From Antedon mediterranea (Eukaryota > Animalia > Echinodermata): 64,000 nt of DNA. Both the position numbers and the translations under genes were made by a program. Shown one piece after another: positions 37,201-64,000 of this stretch; within the stretch, counting starts at the first letter, position 1, and every line of letters begins with the position of its first letter. The stretch covers positions 29,488-93,487 of the forward strand of contig NC_092676.1 of assembly GCF_964355755.1 (NCBI RefSeq), read 5' to 3'. The notes beneath the pieces are model-generated. The model saw nothing but the letters and a program-made list of their open reading frames with translations. It was not told the DNA's origin and did no database searches.

Positions 37201-37907
37201 CACCTGTAATAATAAACACAAGGTATACAACTACCAATTTTCTCTAATAAAATTATCTTATATTTTTTATAAGGTAGGTTTTGTAAATAATTCTCCATTA
37301 ATATTACTATTATAATGTTTGAACATTTCTGTATTCCAAACCATACAAATTACTTAATGCAGTATCTTTCAATTAAGACACTCTAAATACTTTGGACACA
37401 AACATGCCACAATGAATCGTACAACTAATTACAGACAGAATAGAGAAAACTTACTTGTTATGTCAAAGATTTTTGTAAAGATAATTTAATATAAATAGTT
37501 TACAAATTAATAAAACAGGCATGAAATACAATTTACAATCCCAGCACAATTAGTCGACAATGATTGCTAAAACATTAATAACTAAATAAAGTTACATTAA
37601 GCATGTTTTTTGTTGTTTAAATACACAATTTGTTTTTAGGAAGATTTCAAATCCAAGATGGTTATTTATGTCAGTTTACTATCTTGCGCCCTCAAACACT
37701 AGTAAACAATTAACATACCCATAAAATTAATTATTTAAAACACTGGGTCTTCATTATACCATGGAGTAATTAATTATTACTCCATGATTATACGATATAT
37801 GTGCTCGCTGTGTGTAAATGAATTCACTTACTTCCACCACATATTAGTATCATACATAGCAGGCACATAAAAGTAAGCTTCAAGTTTAAAATGTAGTTAA
37901 AATGTCT

Positions 37908-58254
<20,347 letters not shown>

Positions 58255-59597
58255 TATACTACCAAAGTTGTCAAATAAACAAAATTCTATTTAATCACTC
58301 ACATATACAGTACACTATAATGATTTGAGATTTGTTACTTGCAGTAGCCACGTTGTTGTGATGATGGTTTGAAATTTAGGATGACCCACGGTGTTGTAAT
58401 CAGCTGAGATAAGGTCACTCCTTAATCATCTTGATACACACTGCAACATAGAGTCTGAAATTCAGATCTGCAATTGAGCATGTCTGATGAACTCAATTAT
58501 TTATGCTTTAGATTATTGATCAGTAGTCACATCCAAACGTGCATCCAAACTCTGCATCTGTTTATGCATGCCTTGACGATGGAGCATCCCACAATCCAAA
58601 TAGGTAATTTAAATGACTCATATACTGCTTGCAAGTCTTTGTTGTGCAGAAACAATTAAAATACTAAGCTTTGAATAATCTAGTAAATACAATCCTAAAT
58701 GCATTAAGTAAAACAATCAACCACATGTCATTTTCACAGCGTAATATAGATCGTTGTACAGAGAAGAGTGTCAAAAATTAATGTTCAAAAAGTAAAGAAA
58801 AACTTATGCTAATCAACTATGTTTATTTAGTTTTAGGTTATCACGATTTAGCTAAATGTACAACTCTACAATGAAGTATTCCAACAAAGACAGCCTCAAG
58901 CATAATTAGGCAGACATAGGAGAAAGCATTTATTACATTATTTCTTTACAGTATGAAACCTTTGTAGTATTTTAAGCTCATTACAATGCAATGATTACAG
59001 AACAAAATGTGTTTATAAATTATAGTCAAAGGAAAATAGGGAACTATTGCAAATCAAAACATATTCACAGTTTACAAACTAAGTAATTGTAGGTAAAGAT
59101 ATTTTTTTTTAATTTATATTTTAAATGTTAAAGAGATTTACCAGTACCAGTTTTTCAAACAAAAATAAAAAATATCAGTGATGAAGTTTCCAATCTTGAT
59201 ATATGACGACCTGATTGGGTAAAGATTTGGTTTTAATATTCCATTATCATAATATGACTTAATTAATATCATGAAAAAGTAAATTGGAACAATTTCATTT
59301 TTCAAAATTCAAGAAGCCTATTATCTGAGAAAATCTACATTGAGATAATAAAAAAACAACTTTTGTGACAGTAGCAAATATCCTTTCGTGGACGTCTTTA
59401 GGCCTAGCTACTAGTAACATACAAACATTGTACGTTAGCTATACAGTAGGCCTAGTCTGACCTTGGCTGTATTGATTGTCTTTCTGTTTTTGCCAGAATC
59501 CGTTACACAATTTGGGGAAAACCCGGTATTTTTGCTGAAATTTATCAATCGAAAGTGGGTGAGTCACAGAAAAACGAAAATATCAATCTGTGCACAA

Positions 59598-59617
59598 TGC
59601 ATGTTGGGATTTATAGC
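59598..59617. promoter_or_regulatory. Possible ZNF143/Staf-like promoter motif upstream of DPYS
   Basis: tgcatgttgggatttatagc resembles the TGCATGCTGGGA..TGTAGT consensus and sits in a CpG-richer patch; motif match by eye only. Confidence 0.25.
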
Positions 59618-60035
59618 GGGCTAGATAAATTTTCTCTCTCTCTCTCTCTTTTACATTCCACATAAATTGGTTTTTTTTCTCTATTTTTCAAAATTATTAG
59701 AATCAACGTTTAAAGAAAAAAAAAGTTATCACAATAGGACCATATAGTATTTATTTTTACATTAAATGTAGTTTGTGACCTTAAATTAGATCTAAAATAC
59801 GTACAGTAGAGAATTGGGCTTTAATAGAGCAACTAGCAATGGTTAGGGGCTTTTTTTAAGGCCACCCAATCTCAGTCTCGGTTCAAACAAAAATTCTTTT
59901 TCGAAATCGAATAAACACCATCCAACAAAATGCAGATACAGTTATATAGGGTTGTTTGAATTTGATTGATTTGAAAAATGATCTTATTAAATAAACTAAA
60001 CCCAAAATGTACATTAATCAGATAAGTTCTACATA

Positions 60036-60975
60036 GGGCCCGTTTCTGCTGCCAACCCAAAATATACCGTATAAATATACCGTATAAATATACCGTATAT
60101 ATACCGTATATGAAATTCGTGCACCGTTTCCGCTGCACATACTTCGTGGGTGGGTTGTAAAAAAGTTGGCTTTCATTACCCAAAATGCATTTCGTGAGAC
60201 GGAAGTATGGATTGACCTCGTGTAGTGAGGTTTTTACCTACCGGTACATGCTGACAAAAACAAAACAATGATGGTTTCTCAAAACGTCGTAGCATTGCTT
60301 TCTATTTTAAATCTAATGAGCAGAAGTGGCAACGAATTTACACCGCACATACAAGCACAATCTAGAAATGTCCCTATAAATAAACTCTGTTATTCAAATT
60401 GAGTTTATATTATGCTATATTATCCTATATTGCCGTTTTAATTTCCATTTTCTATTATACAGTATTTTACCATGATTTTACATCACGTTGTTGTCGTGTA
60501 AGAACATTCGATTTATTGTAATTAAAATCTCGGTATCTCTTCTGTTGCCATGCAGTCTCCCCCCAACCTTCGCTTCCCCCCACAATTGAATTGCAAAAAT
60601 AGTGATTTGTTCGGTCCACAGTGACATTTTGATCTGTTGCTTGCTTTTACACGTGTGTTTCAACTTTCAATGCAGCAGAAAAACCAAAACAAACGCGTCG
60701 CGCTCTGTTAGTTTTTGACCTCGTGTCATGAGTCGCAGTTGTCGGGTCACATTTACGGTGTATTTTGAGTGCAGCAGAAACGGGGAACGAAATATACGGT
60801 ACATTTTGGAATATACCGTATAATATCCACAAACGAAGGGGATATTTATGCAGTATATATACCGCAAATATATACGGTATATTTTTTATGAGACCCATTT
60901 CTGCTGCCAAAAAATATACCGTATATAAAATATACCGTATATATACGGCATATTTTTGGCAGCAGAAACGGGGCC
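60036..60975. mobile_element. PIF/Harbinger-type MITE, copy 1 (940 bp)
   Basis: TIRs gggcccgtttctgctgccaa / ttggcagcagaaacggggcc, 3-bp TSD ATA, subterminal aatataccgtat repeats. Confidence 0.85.
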
Positions 60976-62519
60976 ATACAGTACTTCTACTATGCTCATT
61001 AGTGTCAGTCCAAATTAATTACACTAAGTAACAGGATTATTCATTCTCATTAAAAGTAAAAAATTTCAAATGAGTCACAAATTATCAGGAGAATCATCAG
61101 CAAGACATAGCTTGAAGATGTAAGTTGCTGAGACTCTGGTAAGGAGGTGGGGTGTCTGATGATGGGAACATGAGAATAGTATAACAAGTGAAAAAATAGG
61201 TGTATTGTGATGGCAGTATTTTGCAAGTTGAATTGGCTGAAGGAGAACTTAGACATAAGTAACAGTACAACATGAGTAGAATGGTGGCAGTGTGCAGAAT
61301 GAGTTTATTTTTCATCTATCTTGTCTAGACTGAACTAACATGTGTAGCTAACTTGATGACATACAGAGATAAATTTTTAATGTATTTTTAAAATTTCATT
61401 AAAATTATCTTTATCACAATAATCACCTATAATTCATTAAAGTGATGAATACTTGAGTATATGAAATGAAGGTTTTTAATTCTTTTTTTTAAATTCTTTA
61501 TATTAATCGTGGTGGCATTGGAGTTAGGACAATAATGCTCAACAACAAATGCATCTTTTATTGTTTTTCTACTTACAGTATTTCTGAGTCATTACCATAC
61601 TGTATTTATATATTTGTTTTATTTGGAGGTTCAGACCTAAAGCCAGCTGATTGCAATCACCACACACATTTTATTATTATTTATAGCAAAAAAATTATTT
61701 ACTGTGTTATATTTCTGTGTGAAATAATCTGAAACTGAAAGTGAATTGAACTGAAATATAAATCAGAACAGTATGTCAGATAATCTTTATGTAGAGGAAA
61801 TAATCATAAAGCAAGCTATTATCAAATCAGGTAATTAACATAAATTATGATGTTTTTGTAATTCATGAATACTGATCATGAGAGTAGGGTAGATTAAGCA
61901 TCACAGGTGTACTGAACATCATATCTATTAATCGTTAACATGACAGCCACTTCACTAACTGAATATTATTATTTTTAATAAATAATTCACAAATAATTAC
62001 TTTCCAAATTAGATCTATTTATAATATTATTATGAATGACACTGATAAAATGAATCATGATTTGAATCAAACATAAAGGATAATGTGCAAATATAATCCA
62101 CTAGAGGGAGGTATACATGTGATATGAATGCACACATTTACTGTGTAGCATTTCATGAATGTACACGCATACAGTTTGTTCAAAATGCTTCTTTTAGTTT
62201 TTGCGTTAGGTTTTTAAAAATTGGCTGTATCTAGCTAATTATTCATATATATATATGTATATATAATACAGTTTAATGATTTTAAATTTGATTAGATATT
62301 CATTTCTTTACACACCATGGCGATGATCTAGAGGGCTCTCTTTGTTATTCTTTCTATCACAATATAGCAGCACTAGCTTGCATCGTAGCTAATTGTGTAG
62401 ATGATGACAATTATAATACAAAATTTATTTAATAAATTACCATTTTGAAACTTTTAAAAGACCTAACCTTAACATGACTAATTCATATAGTTACAGTTTT
62501 GAGAAAATATGGAGGTAAA

Positions 62520-62662
62520 AATATTATTTTGTTTGGGTGAAGGGAGTACAGCAAAATATTATTTTGTTTGGGTGAAGGGAGTACAGCAAAATATTATTTT
62601 GTTTGGGTGAAGGGAGTACAGTAAAATATTATTTTGTTTGGGTGAAGGGAGTACAGCAAAAT
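62520..62662. repeat. ~38-bp tandem repeat, ~4 copies
   Basis: Unit aaaatattattttgtttgggtgaagggagtacagc. Confidence 0.85.
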
Positions 62663-62932
62663 TACCAATGCAGAGACGCTGCAAGATGTTGTGGGAATTT
62701 AACACAGCATGCCTCTCATATTGATCAGGTTACCAATTTCATAATTGTAATTACATCATATGCTTCACAAAATAGTAATGTGATTTCCATTACATTATAC
62801 TGATAAATAATAACAATACTTTGGTTTAAACATACAATACACATAAATAAATCTGCTTTTTCATTAAATTTATTACCCATTAACAATGTATGTTGGCTAA
62901 AAACCCATGTATTCTTAGATTATAGCTTATAT

Positions 62933-63863
62933 GGGCCCATTTCTGCTGCCAACCCAAAATATACCGTATAAATATACCGTATAATTTATACCGTATATAT
63001 ACCGTATATGAAATTCGTGCACCGTTTCCGCTGCACATACTTCGTGGGTGGGTTGTAAAAAAGTTGGCTTTCATTACCCAAAATGCATTTCGTGAGACGG
63101 AAGTATGGATTGACCTCGTGTAGTGAGGTTTTTACCTACCGGTACATGCTGACAAAAACAAAACAATGATGGTTTCTCAAAACGTCGTAGCATTGCTTTC
63201 TATTTTAAATCTAATGAGCAGAAGTGGCAACGAATTTACACCGCACATACAAGCACAATCTAGAAATGTCCCTATAAATAAACTCTGTTATTCAAATTGA
63301 GTTTATATTATGCTATATTATCCTATATTGCCGTTTTAATTTCCATTTTCGATTATACAGTATTTTACCATGATTTTACATCACGTTGTTGTCGTGTAAG
63401 AACATTCGATTTATTGTAATTAAAATCTCGGTATCTCTTCTGTTGCCATGCAGTCTCCCCCCAACCTTCGCTTCCCCCCACAATTGAATTGCAAAAATAG
63501 TGATTTGTTCGGTCCACAGTGACATTTTGATCTGTTGCTTGCTTTACACGTGTGTTTCAACTTTCAATGCAGCAGAAAAACCAAAACAAACGCGTCGCGC
63601 TCTGTTAGTTTTTGACCTCGTGTCATGAGTCGGGTCACATTTACGGTATATTTTGAGTGCAGCAGAAACGGGGAACGAAATATACGGTATATTTTGGAAT
63701 ATACCGTATAATATCCACAAACGATGGGGATATTTATGCAGTATATATACCGCAAATATATACGGTATATTTTTTATGAGACCCATTTCTGCTGCCAAAA
63801 AATATACCGTATATAAAATATACCGTATATATACGGTATATTTTTGGCAGCAGAAACGGGGCC
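62933..63863. mobile_element. PIF/Harbinger-type MITE, copy 2 (931 bp)
   Basis: Near-identical to 60036-60975 and in the same orientation; 3-bp TSD TAT. Confidence 0.85.
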
Positions 63864-64000
63864 TATGAGGCTAGATATTCACTGTTTTTATTAGTAATAA
63901 CACTACAGCATGATGACATTCAATTTTAAACAAAATGCATGTGAAAATTGAAATGAAATTAATTCTCACAGTACTATCATAATGTTCATTATAAAAATCT

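Overview
AT-rich eukaryotic (animal) genomic DNA with spliceosomal introns, probably from a marine invertebrate deuterostome such as an echinoderm (an inference, not established). Genes from left to right: (1) a tandem cluster of at least three co-oriented, intronless immunoglobulin-superfamily membrane receptors, two of which end in a paired ITIM+ITSM tail; (2) a 17-exon RFX6 orthologue (+, 23758-31793); (3) an intronless class A GPCR (-, 35205-36185); (4) a dihydropyrimidinase/CRMP gene (-, 37908-58254). The last gene has two alternative first exons, a pair of paralogous 121-nt mutually exclusive exons (one with and one without a catalytic Zn-binding His), two paralogous terminal exons and a candidate 21-nt microexon. 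Non-coding DNA is dense in minisatellites (two built from exon/5' splice-site junctions), PIF/Harbinger-type MITEs, a 4.2-kb foldback element, LINE tails, Helentron-type elements, Penelope-type hammerhead motifs, 5S- and tRNA-derived sequences, TA-GGCC-TA insertions and three TTAGGG insertions flanked by direct duplications. Exon boundaries were read by eye from GT/AG sites and frame continuity; no searches were run.
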